A stretch of DNA of 63,032 nt, the filler included, from Reticulomyxa filosa (Eukaryota > Protista > Foraminifera), in NCBI GenBank assembly GCA_000512085.1. It is 21 parts of 21 records of this genome, joined end to end, with 100 filler letters (N's around TTAATTAATTAA, not from the genome) between each part and the next. Parts side by side here need not be neighbours in the genome. Positions count along the whole stretch, not along the records: positions 37,737 to 39,980 come from ASPP01005318.1; positions 40,081 to 43,209 come from ASPP01006566.1; positions 43,310 to 44,558 come from ASPP01001287.1; positions 44,659 to 48,903 come from ASPP01010193.1; positions 49,004 to 50,003 come from ASPP01039781.1; positions 50,104 to 51,232 come from ASPP01011264.1; positions 51,333 to 55,768 come from ASPP01003735.1; 14 more parts are not named here. The stretch is one strand, 5' to 3'. This document shows, in pieces, positions 38,535 through 52,589 of this stretch. The position numbers were made by a program, and so were the translations under genes. The notes under the pieces were generated by a model, which saw only the letters and a program-made list of their open reading frames with translations, was not told the origin of the DNA and made no database searches. Position 1 is the stretch's first letter, and the number at the start of each line of letters is the position of its first letter.

Positions 38535-39980
38535 ATATATATGTATATATGTACATATATACATATTAATAAAGGGGTTTGCTCGCTTTTTGGAAGAGTT
38601 CCCTCGGGCGGTTGAGTCCGTAGTATTTGTGGTACTAATCCGCTCGCCGAATAGCATTCAAGGCGGACTTCCGCAATTCAGTGTGGAGAATGACATAACG
38701 GAGGAGATCAAAAAGATCGAGGAGAAGTACAACGGGAAGAAGCTCGTGCACTTGTGGGACGAGCCGCCGTCGTGCGAACAGGTGTATGCGCTTTGCAGCA
38801 TCACCGATGTGGCTCTGTTCACTACGTTTTGGGATGGGTTCAATGCGATGCCTTATGAATGGACGGCGGCGCAAGGCGCGAACAAAGTCCCCGGTGTGTT
38901 GATCGTGAGCGACTTTATGGGCTGCGTGCGCAGTTTGAATGGGGTGATCCGCATCAATCCATGGCAAAGCAGTGAAGTGTCGCACGCCATTTATCAGGCG
39001 TTGACGATGAGCAACGCGGCGAAGCAAATGCAGCATACGCGAAGATTCGGACATGTGATGAACTACACGTTTGAGCGTTGGGCACTTGCGTTTTTGGACG
39101 ACTTGAAAAAAGCAGGCGAAGCAAAGGCATCCAATGAAATGGTGGCCATTGGCATGGGCAGCACGTTCAAATGGGTATGTCTGCCAAAGCATTTCACTCG
39201 AATCAAAGATCATGAGTCATCGCTGGTGCGATCGTTTGCGCAGTGCAAGTATCGCATTTTGCTGTTCGATTATGGCGGCACGTTGGTGTCGGATAAGAAC
39301 AACTGGGTCATCGACGACAGTCATTCTCAGCACAACACTTTGGCCCCGCTGCAGCAGCAGCAGCAGCAACACAAGTCATCGCCGATGATCATCACACACA
39401 CGTTCAAAAATAATCAACCCACTCGCTCGCCCATTGTCGATTATTTAAACGAACTCACCGAACTACCCAACACTTATGTGTGCGTCATCTCTGGACAAAC
39501 GCGGTCGCAAATACAAGTGGCTTTGTCCGAATTCCCGAACGTGTATTGTCTGGCGGCTGAAAAAGGGGCTTTTCTGCGATGGAAAGGGGATGACACCACG
39601 TGGTCGGAACGTTCCAAACTCGGCGATCACTTGTCTTGGCAACACCTTGCTATGCCTGTGTTGCAGACGTATACCGAACGCACCGATGGGTCCTTCGTCG
39701 AACGCAAAGACACGGCGCTGGTGTGGCATTACCACGACAGCGATCCGAGCTATGGAGATATCCAGGCCAGGGAGTTGGAACGCTATTTGAATGGACTGCT
39801 CGTCCCGTTTCATAATATCATCGTCCAAAAGTATGACCACCAACGCATTGTCGAAATTTTGCCCAAAGATATCAACAAAGGCAGCGCCGCTGTGGCTATC
39901 GTTCGCAAGTTGCTAAAGGACATTGAAGCTCAGTCCCAATCCAATACCAACCACAATGACCTTGAATCGAAAAAAGAAGA
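37800..39980 (+). CDS. Trehalose-6-phosphate synthase/phosphatase (GT20 plus HAD) fusion, partial at both ends
   Basis: [87 protein letters not shown] and [10 protein letters not shown]. (TA)n intron at about 38433-38574. Confidence 0.92.
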
Positions 39981-40080
39981 NNNNNNNNNNNNNNNNNNNN
40001 NNNNNNNNNNNNNNNNNNNNNNNNTTAATTAATTAANNNNNNNNNNNNNNNNNNNNNNNNNNNNNNNNNNNNNNNNNNNN

Positions 40081-40148
40081 TGGGGAAAGTTTAACCCACT
40101 GGGGGCTCCTCAGCCCCTTTTACTTTATAGGAGCTTCTCCTACAAGTT
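40081..40148 (-). ncRNA. Candidate structured element (three-way junction, CUGAGGA core), copy 1, cut by the contig end
   Basis: Reverse complement reads GTAGGAGAAG-CTCC..GGGG-CTGAGGA-GCCC-CCAGT-GGGT-TAAA-CTTTCCCCA. Homologous to 54867-54950. Confidence 0.5.
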
Positions 40149-40733
40149 CTAAAATTAAAAAGCAAAACTATCATAAACACTTGTCTCGTTATCAAAAGAA
40201 TCAATAGCCTTAATTATGACAAAAAAAATGGAATTACACCCTTTGCGCAGAACCAGTACTACAAAATTATGTGACTATATCTCTTTCTACTGTCACAACA
40301 CGCCGAAACAACCTGTTGACCATTAGATGAAAATTGAATACTATTGATAATGTGTGAATGTGTTAATGAAAATTGATTAATGTGTAGCTTTCTTTTCAAT
40401 GAATTTTAGTATTCAATTTACACAGAAATAAGCTACCTTCACGGTTAATTTGACGGCGTCATCAAAATAGAACGATCCGTTCGAAATTTTTTTGTCTGAC
40501 TCAGAAAAAATCCAGATAAAACCTAAAAAAAACATGACACTTGCGTGATCTTGTTTTTCAGGTTTCAAAGCTATTGTTGACGAAGTTGAAAATCGGGTGC
40601 AAAAATATTAGAAAAATTGTAATGAAACTCTTTTCATTGGTGCGTCGCCAAATTAAACAAATTTTCCAAAAAGACTAAACAGCCTAGCTTGTACAATGAC
40701 CAAACGTCTCTTTTATTTCAAAATTTAGTTTTT

Positions 40734-41711
<978 letters not shown>

Positions 41712-42240
41712 CTTCGAGTGCTCAGTTATGGATACAGGAAAAAATTAAAGCAAAAAAAGTAGCAAATAAAACTCTTGGGTTATTATTCTCAAAAAAAACT
41801 TTAACCTAGATAGTTCCTTCTTCCACATTTCTTTTCAATGCTAAATGGTCTCACTATACGCTTCAGAATATCTTTGCTCAAATAAAGCTTGGGTTTACCA
41901 ATCGAAACAAGCTTCTTTTTTTTTGGACTGTAGAAAAAGCGAGACTAGTTAACAATAAATAACTTAAGTAAGAAATTAAAATTGTACGCATTAAATAGAG
42001 TCTGAGAAACATAATGTTAAAAACCAAGGCAAGTGCTAGTTTTGATATCGTTGTATTGGTGCTTTATATTACATATCAAAGTAGTATCCCGTTTAACAAC
42101 TCCACGTTTTATTCCCAGTCGTGATAGCGCTGGCATTCCCAAGTACTGTCACAGAAGCAAAACTTAAGGCAATCTTTTTTCAAAAAAAATTTTCTTTAAC
42201 CAGTAAAATCGTTTTTAAAACTATTTTAAGCTTGCAAAAC

Positions 42241-43170
42241 ATGGCAGTACATGAAAACGTACATAAAAATTACAGCCTCTAGCAACCAATAAATGTTGAG
42301 TTCAGAGATGTATAACTTATTGTTTTGGAAGAAATTGAACTAGTAGAGTACTTTAAGACGTGCAACCACAAGACAGGGACCTTGGGAGTGGAAAAAGGGG
42401 AGACTCACAAGGAGAAAATCCGGCACCTGCCATCAATGAGCATGTCTGATTCAAAATTTCTCGAGCTGAATAGCCAACGAGAACATTTGGTGTGGAATCA
42501 TGTGGCAAGCTTCGACTACTCTGCACAAAAAATAAGAATGAGATAGGTCTGATGGACAAGGTGGTGGCGCAACTCCCGACATTTGAAATCGATGACCTTT
42601 CAGATCCTACGAACAAAACACCCATTTGGACCTGTTTGTTTTGCTTTTCCAAAAAAAACTTGTATAAAAATGCAGAAACTTAAGTAACTCAAAAGCTTGA
42701 ACCCCTCCTTCCTCTCCCTGTCCCTCTGTAAAGTTCGAATCAAAAGTTTAACATTAATGGAACCAATCCGTCTGAAGAAGGGCATAGTCTCAAACCCAGG
42801 CCTCCATGTGCAAAACGCAATGGGAGTAGGATCCCAAAGTACGATATATCCGAACGAATGCCGGCAATCGATGACAACGTACGCATGCGAAATGAAAGGG
42901 GTGGTGGAATTGTCGGTGCGAACAGCGAACAACACATACGACACGTATCACATTACCGTGTCCTTTGGCCACCTGCCCTGCATGGTGCGCTCGATCAAAT
43001 GCAACCTAACCAAACTACTGGTCCAACAATGCAACAACAACGTGGAAATGTTTCGAAACCGTCTGTATGACCTCAAGGAAGATCCTTTCGAATTGGGCGG
43101 TTATTTCATTGCCAATGGAAATGAAAGGGTTATTCGATTGCTTATTGCAGAAAGAAGGAACCGAGTTGAG
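42241..43170 (+). CDS. RPA2: RNA polymerase I second-largest subunit (RPA2/POLR1B), N-terminal part
   Basis: HVASFD, IYPNECRQSMTTY, GHLPCMVRSIKCNL and EDPFELGGYFIANGNERVIRLLIAERRN (Pol I-type). Exact start uncertain. Confidence 0.85.
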
Positions 43171-44737
43171 TTTTTTTTTTTTGGTTGGACCCCTTTTGAA
43201 CTTTTAAACNNNNNNNNNNNNNNNNNNNNNNNNNNNNNNNNNNNNNNNNNNNNTTAATTAATTAANNNNNNNNNNNNNNNNNNNNNNNNNNNNNNNNNNN
43301 NNNNNNNNNCATCAAGGATACATGAATCAATGAAGAAAGTAAATATTTGAAAGCTTATGTTGAAAAAATGCGATTAACAATATAAACGATATCTCGATTA
43401 ATCAATTTACAATATAATTAACAATTTAGCTCATGCACAATTACAAAAATTGTTATTTATTATATATTTCAAAACAAAACGATTTGGAACTTTTGTATAA
43501 TCTCTTTTCTTCTTCAGCTTTTCCAACAAGGAAACTTCGCCTATATTATAGAAATACAATACAATCATTTTTGCAACTTGTCCTTTTGTTTTTTTCACCA
43601 TCCATTAAAAACACGTTGTGATTTCTTTTCCAAAGGAATTCTCATAACAATACAGTAGATTTAAAAAATAAATATCTCAAGATAAAGTACTATCAAATAA
43701 ACAAACATGATCATCATTGTATATTATAAAATTGTGATGTCAAAATTATGCAATCTTTTTTAATAAACAATAAATAAATTAATTTGCTACTATTTTTGGT
43801 TTTTTTTATTGTAAATTGAATTCATTTTTCTCTAGCTGTTTTTTACCTCTTTATCTATTTTTCTCTATTGGCAATTGTTTCACTAATTCTATTCTATACG
43901 AATTGTGTTTATGTAACACTACGGCACAATCGAAGAAATTATTGCTCAATATTATTTTTTAAAGTTTTTTAAGTCTATTTATATACAATTTTCTATGCAT
44001 TACATAACCAAGTTTTTTCAATATTTATTGCAAGTTTACGAAAAAAATAAAATAGTACGCCACTTTTAGAACTGAATCTTTTTCTCTGAAATTTTGAAAA
44101 TTTAGACAAAAATTTCTTTCATACTTTCGTTTATGAAAAAAAAGTATTCATCAACTGTGGTTATACTCTGATCAGGTCACATTTCGAGTGTCATTTCATT
44201 ATTCGAATACTTGTATTCATTATTCTATAGTCAACTTTTTACCTTACAGTTTTTAACAAGCAAAAACAAACTAAATATTCTGTTGTAAAGCAAAAAAAAG
44301 CAAAGGACGACAAAACCAAAAAGAAAGGATTGAATTAGGCGGTGTGGAAAATGTACAATAAAATGTAATAATATGATAAATGCTTGCTTTGTTGTACAAA
44401 TTTAATTATTTTTATTTATATTTAATGTTTCATCTATTTTACTTTATCTAAATTACTATGTAAAGTTTAATTTTTTTTATTTTTACATATTTCCTAAATA
44501 ATTAATAAATCAGTGACAAGACGATTATCAATAGGAAATTATTGTTGTGAGTGAGTTANNNNNNNNNNNNNNNNNNNNNNNNNNNNNNNNNNNNNNNNNN
44601 NNTTAATTAATTAANNNNNNNNNNNNNNNNNNNNNNNNNNNNNNNNNNNNNNNNNNNNAAAACGACCACCAAAAAAAAAAAAAAAAAAAAAAAGAAAAAC
44701 AACAAACGTAAAAAAAAAAAAAAATGAAAGTTGGGAG

Positions 44738-45807
44738 TCACACAAAGCGATTTTTTGCATGTTCCAAGACTTGTCCATCTGGATGGGGTCGTAGATAAGC
44801 ATAAGCAGGGATTCGAATTTTGCCGACTTCAGTGAAGACACAGTTGGGAGAATTGACAACTCCATGAGTGGCAACAACGTGTTGAGTGTCAAGATCATTA
44901 GCAGTATTGTGTTTTTGTTCGTATTCGTCAGTGGCACCATGTCCCTTCAACTTCACCACGTAAGTGTCAGATTGACGATCATCAGCAGGATTCGCCGTTG
45001 TGGCGGTGATTTCATGAAGACGTGCTAGTTTGTCTTTCTTGCGTGCCGCTTCAAACTGCCAAGCAAAGAAATGTTTGATGTGATGAACAATCTTTCTCAA
45101 GTCCATTGTATTGTGATCACACTTTTCCATGATATGCAAGTCAGTGACAATGTCAAATCGTTTTGCCTGTTTGTGAAGGATTTGGGAGTGTTGGCAAGGG
45201 ATAAGCGAGTCATCACTGCCGTGAATAAGCAGTAGCGGTCCATGAATGCGTTTGATCCTCTCCAAATTATCGAATCGATCGGACAACAGATAGCTCGCCC
45301 ATGTGCCAACCTTGTCCGCGACAATTTTGGCAATACTGGAGAACGGCGACACCAGCACAAGCAGTGAATATTTGGGAATCGTGTTGCTGTCTAAGCAGCA
45401 CTTCAGTGAAGGAATCAAGTCGTGTGTCCTCGCTAATGCCAATAGCTCTTCTTTGTTGCTTCGCTTCGGAATTTCGATATCCGCTTTGTGCAGTATACTT
45501 ACCACTTGTCGAAGTGGCAGTTTTGCAAAAGGGTCACCGCCACCACTACTACCATTATTATCGTCGTCATTATTATTGTCATCATTATTATCGTCATCAT
45601 TATTGTCCTCTTCCTCTTCTTCTTCTTCGTTTTCTTTTTTTTCCTTCTCTCCCTTTGCTTTCTTCATTTCGTCTTCCTTGTGGTTTCTTCTTCGTTTGCT
45701 ATGGAACGATGGCAGTCGCAGTGATGGGTCGTCTTTGCTTTTCTCTTCTTTTGTATTTGAACTTAAATTATTTGAATCCGTGGCATTACCACTACTGATA
45801 CTACTAT

Positions 45808-45840
<33 letters not shown>

Positions 45841-46771
45841 CCTCGTCTTTTGCATTACTGAGCTGTTGCAGTTGGCCATTGGTCGCAGATTCGGATGTGG
45901 CCGCATCTACGTATACGTGCGACGTACCCATACATTCTGTTGCTGTTGCATTAGTAGTAATAGTAGTAGCGGTGGTGTGACTAATGTTTCTATCTTTGTT
46001 TTTAACTTTATCTTTATCTTTACCTTTGTCTTTATCTTTACTTTTGTCTTTGTGTTTGCCGTTGTGTCTGTGTTCGTCTTTGCCATAGGCGGTGCCCTTA
46101 ACAATGGCTTCAATTTCTTTGCTGGTAATTTTTGCAACAGCACCCAAGGCGGCGCCACAGCCGATGGAAAAGCCATACACAAGCACGCGCTCGGTGGACA
46201 CATTGAGCCCCAAAGGACTAATGATAAACTCATACGCACCCAACACGGCGTCAATGACCGAGTTTTCGTGTGGCGTTCCTTTGGCAATGCCATAGCCTGG
46301 GTACTCGGGCGCCAGCACGCTCACGGGCAGCTTTATCCGCAAATAATCCAACATCGGATACACTTTTCCCAGGTCTTCTGCATTCCCGTGACAATACAAC
46401 AAAATATGCGTGGGATGGCTTATCTTATGCTTCCTTCGCAGATACAAACATGGGATACTGTCCTCATCACAATAACGTGCTTTACCAGTCCTCTTTTTCG
46501 TTTGCTCCTGTGTCTGTGACTTTTGCTGCTCTTTTTTCAAACCCTTCTCCCCTCCTCCAAGCTGAGGCGGTTTGCACTTTGGAAGCTGTGGTTTTTCCCA
46601 TCGTGGTTTACCATAACAATTTTCAAAATTTTTTTTTAAGTTCTCCCTTTTTGGCACAAAGATGAGCTCGTCAGGAAAGGATAAGTCATTGTAACTTGGT
46701 GGCTTCGGTATAGGAAAAATTAAACGATTTACTACTGAGATATCTTTTGTATAATCCCAAAATCCAAACAT
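44738..46771 (-). CDS. ABHD17-like alpha/beta hydrolase with a large low-complexity insertion
   Basis: LLYCHGNAEDLG, EYPGYG, VYGFSIG (nucleophile elbow), LVSPFSS, DRFDNL, LLIHGSDD and CDHN. Confidence 0.85.
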
Positions 46772-49700
46772 TTCACTCTCACTGAATCTAAAATTCCATA
46801 TTCTGATCTCCCTTCTCTTTCGCTCCTTCTTCCTGCTCTGCTTCCTTTATTGGATGTTGAAAAAAAAATATTTAGTTAAAAGATACTTACAAACTCAGTT
46901 GATATTGTTCATGTCTCTTCACACTTTCAATAGATGCCAATCCTTCAAACTCAGTAAAAATCATTATAAATTCAAACATAATACCAAATCTCTTCAGTTG
47001 TTAGAACAAGCAATAAGTAGCTTGAAAAAATAGATCATCCTAGTTAATCCCATTTGAAAAAAAAGAATAAATTCCATATTGAAGTATTGCAAGATTTGTT
47101 AGTACTTCTGAATCCTTGAATAATAAAATACCTTTTAGAGAAAAAGCAAAGTAAAAGTATGACAGTTTTCATGAATGGCTATTTGTTAAAATGATATGAT
47201 TTTTGATAGTATTTATCAAAAACGTTAAGATACAAGCCAAAAGGTTTAAAGATCTTGGAGGAGAAGAGTTCATTTTTCTTTCAAAAATACAAAGTTTTAG
47301 AGTGAATATTTAATCAATAATTGAATAATGAAATATAACAAGTTCCTTCATTTTTAATCATAAAAATTTGAAGTAGGACTTGACATAGCAAATTATTTGA
47401 ATGTATCAGTGAATTGGAATTAATAAAATTTAATTAAATGATGTAAAAAAACGTTGTGAAATCACTCACTCCAAACAAGTTTTTTTCTACATTTAAATTA
47501 TCAAACTTATTTGAATTTTTCATTAGCCAAAGGAGCGATATTTTCACGCAAAGTATTGCAACAATATTTTCTTTGAGTTCTTCATATACCTCAACTACTT
47601 TTCTTTTTTGATCAGTATACTTGTCATTGCACTCATTACAAACGAATAATGCACAATCGGTCATCATTCGATTGTAATAACATGATGTGAAGCCTGTCTG
47701 CATTGTTATCAGCAACTTATTTCACTTGATTGAAGAAATGCGTCTCGCTCCTGCTTGTATCGGCAGCAATTTTGGTTGGAGAAAAGACGATGTTCATTCA
47801 CTTCTTGATGCTATTTTGTATATATCAATAAGATGTGAGATATCTTCTTACATTAGCACATCAGATAAAGAAAAAAATAAAGTATATTAAACATACCTTA
47901 TTTAACATTAGATCTCAACACTTTGACTATTTGCAAAACAAGGTCAATGAATATCAACATTAACCAGCGACTATTTTCAATTTAAATAAATTTCTTTTTC
48001 ACTTTGCTGTATATTGAATCGCATTTCAACTAAATATGATGGAAATATAATACTTGTTATGACTTGTAACAGCTTCGAGCATCTCGGAGAATATCAAATC
48101 TCACAACAAGAACCAAAGTCCATAATTGTGGAAATCCAAGCTGTATCTTTTCACTAATGTCATCAAGAGTATTATTGTCCACGATCTTTCATTACGATAT
48201 GGAAGCTCCAAATAATGATATTATATTGATAATACAATATCTCTTCAAAAAAGGGATGCATCTTCAGCTTGTTGCAGCTTCGTTTCTATTGTTAGATCTG
48301 CACAAGCTTTCAATGTTCAAGGCAATGTTTCAATGTCTTTTGGTTTCCAACGAGTAATTTCCTTTTTTCGTTTGTTAAAGCATTTGATGATCGAGAGCCA
48401 TTTGTTTCTGCAGAAATAAGCATTCTACATTTTGGATGTGTTCAGACAAGGCAGCGATATTTGCTTTAACATTTTTGTACATGTTATTTGTCTTCAATTG
48501 TGGCTCCATCGTTTGACTTAACATCACCTCCACTGTTTGTGGCCTCAGCATATTCTAGTTCTTGATGCTTTAGATAGAACACAACAAATTAATTTAAATT
48601 GCTAAGAAAAAAAGACAACAATAATAAATATTTAACTTCAATGACTTTGAGAAAGTTTTGCTTTTGGTCCATTTTTATAGCACATGCACAGCCTTGGTAA
48701 AAAATGTGCTGCATCTCCAACAGATTTGTTGTGTCGATCATCTTCATCCACATTGTCTCTGTGTGGACGTGGACACACGTCCTGTTTCTCGTGATATGTG
48801 CATATTCCTTTGGTTGATACATTGTCATCGCTGTTTCCCTTTCATACAATTGATTGCCACTTGCCATATTGCTACTATCAATCTACATTTTTTCTTTTGT
48901 TTCNNNNNNNNNNNNNNNNNNNNNNNNNNNNNNNNNNNNNNNNNNNNTTAATTAATTAANNNNNNNNNNNNNNNNNNNNNNNNNNNNNNNNNNNNNNNNN
49001 NNNTGAAATGAAATATAGTTGACATTAAGACTAATTTACGTATTCAAGGACGAAGATACATTTTCTATCACAATAAAAAGATGGAGTGAAATGTCAAATT
49101 CAAAAAAAATTTTAATTTCGTATGAATGTATACAAACTAAGGAATCCAAAATTAGACATGTAAATCAATCTGCAGTAGGATTTACAATGCATTGACAATT
49201 GCACAAAACAAAACAAAAAGCTATTTAATATTTTTTTTTTTATCTTGTTATAATTTTTTTGCTGTTATTTAGGAAAAAGTTAAACTTGTTCAATTTCCAT
49301 TGGTGCTACACATTTCAACAAATATCCATACTCTTTTTTTTAAAATATACCCCAAAAATTCCATATAATAGATATGCCATTGCTCAAGTAGATGGATCCA
49401 TATTGTACATACAGCGATATTCTTGCATTTCGTATTACTTTTTTTATCAAATACATCAAATATGACCAACTGAATATTATCAATAATATTAATCGTCACT
49501 CCTGCCATGGTAATGCGTTAATAAATTCAAGTGTATTCTTATTGACATTATTTACTTCTGCACGTGCGTTTTTGCTTTTCAGTAACGTGACCTATGAATG
49601 TGATCTTTTTGAAACAAAAGCTTTTTAAATGCAAGAGCACTCGAACAAAGATCTTCAAAGATAAGAAAGACGAGTTTATTATTTGATATCAATTTCATTT

Positions 49701-50103
49701 ATTTTACACGAACTTCGAGTAAAAATATACTTTTTGTCTGATTATCCTTAATTAGCATTTATATATCAAAAAAGTCGATTTTGTTTATTAATTTGATTAA
49801 CTACAATACTTAATGAAAAAAATTATTTGCTGATGTAATAGTTTTGAAACGTGTTGTGATTGTATTATTTATTTCATCAGCTTTTTTTACATGCATAATG
49901 GTCAACAGCTGTTTTCACATTATATATATTTTTTCAAAAATAATCAGTTTCGTTGATATGGCAAGCTTTAACACAGCTTTCCATCCATCTTCATTTTAAT
50001 TCTNNNNNNNNNNNNNNNNNNNNNNNNNNNNNNNNNNNNNNNNNNNNTTAATTAATTAANNNNNNNNNNNNNNNNNNNNNNNNNNNNNNNNNNNNNNNNN
50101 NNN

Positions 50104-50536
50104 GGTGCGCGGTGGGATAGTCGCAGCCCAGCGCCACGCCCACGCCGAACAGGAAGAAGACCAGCCAGCCGAAGCTCGGCGCCACGGTCAGCCCGGCCAG
50201 GAAGATGACGAAGACCAGCATCTCGATCACGAACATGCGCCGGCGTCCATAGACGTCGGCCAGGCCGCCCAGCGCGACGGCGCCGACCATGATTCCCGCC
50301 AGGGTGGCGGCGCTCACGATGCCCTTGGCCGCCGGCGAGAGGCCGAACTCCTCGACGATCAGCGGCAGGGCGACGCCGGTCATGAACACGACCAGCCCTT
50401 CGAAGAACTTGCCGGCGGTCGCGAGCGTCCAGATGCGCCACTGCATCTGGGTCATCGGGACGCTGGGGGTCGGGGTGCCATCGGGCCAGGACGGTGTCTG
50501 GTCGATGTAGGCCTGTACGCTTTTCGGTTCTGTCAT
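50104..50536 (-). CDS. Bacterial MFS transporter, 3' truncated by the contig end
   Basis: GGLADVYGRR (MFS motif A), multiple transmembrane helices and GVALGCDYP. GC-rich codon usage. Confidence 0.9.
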
Positions 50537-50609
50537 CTGGACAGATTACCGAAGGACGTTACGCTCGGATGTCTCAAAAGCAAAAACTAGAAGTTTTGGG
50601 GGAAATGCC

Positions 50610-51232
50610 ATGAAGAGACGCAGCCTGCTCGTCGCGGCTCTTGCCGCGCCGTCGATCGTTCCTGCCGTCGCGCTGGGGCAGGAGGCCTGGCCCAACAAGA
50701 CCGTGAAGTTCATCTGCCCCTTCGCGGCGGGCGGCGGCACCGACACGGTGAGCCGGCTGATGTGCGACCAGCTTTCGAAGGCGCTGGGCCAGACCTTCGT
50801 GGTCGAGAACAAGGGCGGGGCGGGCGGCAACATCGGCACGGTCGAACTCGCGCGGGCAGCCCCCGACGGCTACACGATCGGCCTCATCTCGGTGGCCAGC
50901 CACACGCTGAACCCGATGCTCTACACCAGGCTGCCCTACAATCCGGACAAGGACATCGTCGCGGTCTCGCGCGTCGCGCTGCTCGCCAACCTGCTGGGCG
51001 TGACGCCGTCGCTGCCGGCCAACAACGTCGCGGAGCTGATCGCGCTCTGCAAGAAGGAGCCGGGCAAGTATTCCTTCGCCTCCTCGGGGCCCGGCACGTC
51101 GCTGCACCTGAGCGGCGAGCTGTTCAAGAAGATGGCTGGCGTCGACATCATCCACGTGCCCTACAAGGGCGCCGGCCCGGTCTATTCCGACCTGATGGCC
51201 GGCATCGTGAACATGATGTTCGCCAACATGCC
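50610..51232 (+). CDS. Bacterial Bug/TctC-family tripartite tricarboxylate transporter substrate-binding protein, 3' truncated
   Basis: Signal peptide MKRRSLL..A, WPNKTVKFICPFAAGGGTD, VVENKGGAGGNIG, APDGYT, FASSGPGTSLHL and HVPYKGAG. Purine-rich SD-like sequence upstream. Confidence 0.93.
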
Positions 51233-51347
51233 NNNNNNNNNNNNNNNNNNNNNNNNNNNNNNNNNNNNNNNNNNNNTTAATTAATTAANNNNNNNNNNNN
51301 NNNNNNNNNNNNNNNNNNNNNNNNNNNNNNNNAAAAAAAAAAAAAAG

Positions 51348-52077
51348 GCGGCGTTGGCTCAATGCTTGTGCAGCTTTGTAAAAAAGTTGCCCAAATTGAG
51401 CTGGTGGTTGGTGTTGTCGGTGGCCAAGCGAAAGTAGGTTTGGCAAAAGAAATGGGATGCGATTATGTGATATGTCGCAAGGATAAGTCTGGAGGAAATG
51501 TTGACATTTGGGAAGAAATGAAAAAACAAATCCCCAAATTAAATGGGTTTGACATTGTATTTGATGCCAATGGTATCTCCACCTTGAAAAATAGTTTCAA
51601 ACATTTGAAACCCACTGGTATGCAGTAAATTACTTTGTCCCTTCTTGTTGATGTCATGTTTCCGATGCTAGACTTATTATCTATGTGCGCTGGTTTTTTT
51701 TGTTTGAAGGGAAGCTGATTGTTTATGGATTACATAGTATTCTTCCACACACTGGCTCTATTTCCATCACAAATTGGATCAGTCTTGGATTTGATGTTTT
51801 GCGGACACCATCCTTTAATGCGATGACCTTGCTGGAGAGAAATTGTGGTGTTTTGGGATTTAATTTATCATTTTTATTTAGTCGTATGGACCGCTTAGAG
51901 GAAGCAATGGCAAATCTGTTGACTTGGATTAGTCAAAAAAAAATAACTGTGTCAAAGGTTACTACATATAAATTTGAAGAAGTGTGGAAAGCTCACAGAG
52001 ACTTACAGTCTGGTGAAACTACTGGAAAATTAGTATTGCAGACTGTTCATAATAGCAATCGATGTTCGAAAGATTAA
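51348..52077 (+). CDS. MDR-family (VAT-1/quinone oxidoreductase-like) protein, 3' part
   Basis: GGVGSMLVQL, GFDIVFDANG, LKPTG|KLIVYG, VLGFNLSFLF and AHRDLQSGETTGKLVL. One intron. Confidence 0.85.
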
Positions 52078-52589
52078 TCCACAAATGAACAACTAGAAAA
52101 CGTAATCAAAAATATTGTATTGTGATATGTATTTACAAATATCATTCACAAATCTCAATTAGTTTTTTAAAAAACATTTCTCAGTAAGTTTAGTATTATA
52201 CAAATATGATCACTAATAGTATTATATTATGGTAAAATATTATAATACAAGTATTATGTATTTTGTGTGCTGCTTACATTACAATTAAATTGTGTGTAAA
52301 AGACACAATAATTAAATAATTAAAAATTGAACATTTTGTCTAGTTTCAAAAAGGTGAACTCAAAATGGCAATATTGTAAAATGACTAAAATAATGTATTA
52401 ATTACAAAATACATTCAAAATGCAACTATTGAATCATCACTTACTAAAAATGTTTCTGTTATCGAAAACACATAAAAAAGCAAATATTTATTGCTTTGTT
52501 TCTAACATTGGATAAACAATAAAAACATATAGAAAACTATAAAAATAAAATGAAACATTTAAAACATTGAAAAAAGTAACATTTGACAA

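Noticed and set aside
45301-46665. Long plus-strand ORFs with poly-Leu/Ser/Tyr
   Set aside because: Antisense shadows of trinucleotide repeats within the ABHD17-like gene. The same applies at 16331-16912 and 23828-24228.
47400-48903. Short minus-strand ORFs with Cys/His residues
   Set aside because: Possibly decayed coding sequence, but no family could be recognised. The same holds for 18040-18480, 28600-29150, 29500-30520 and 61400-61860.
50105-51280. Overlapping alternative-frame ORFs in the GC-rich contig
   Set aside because: Expected from stop-codon scarcity at high GC. Only the MFS and Bug frames carry family motifs.
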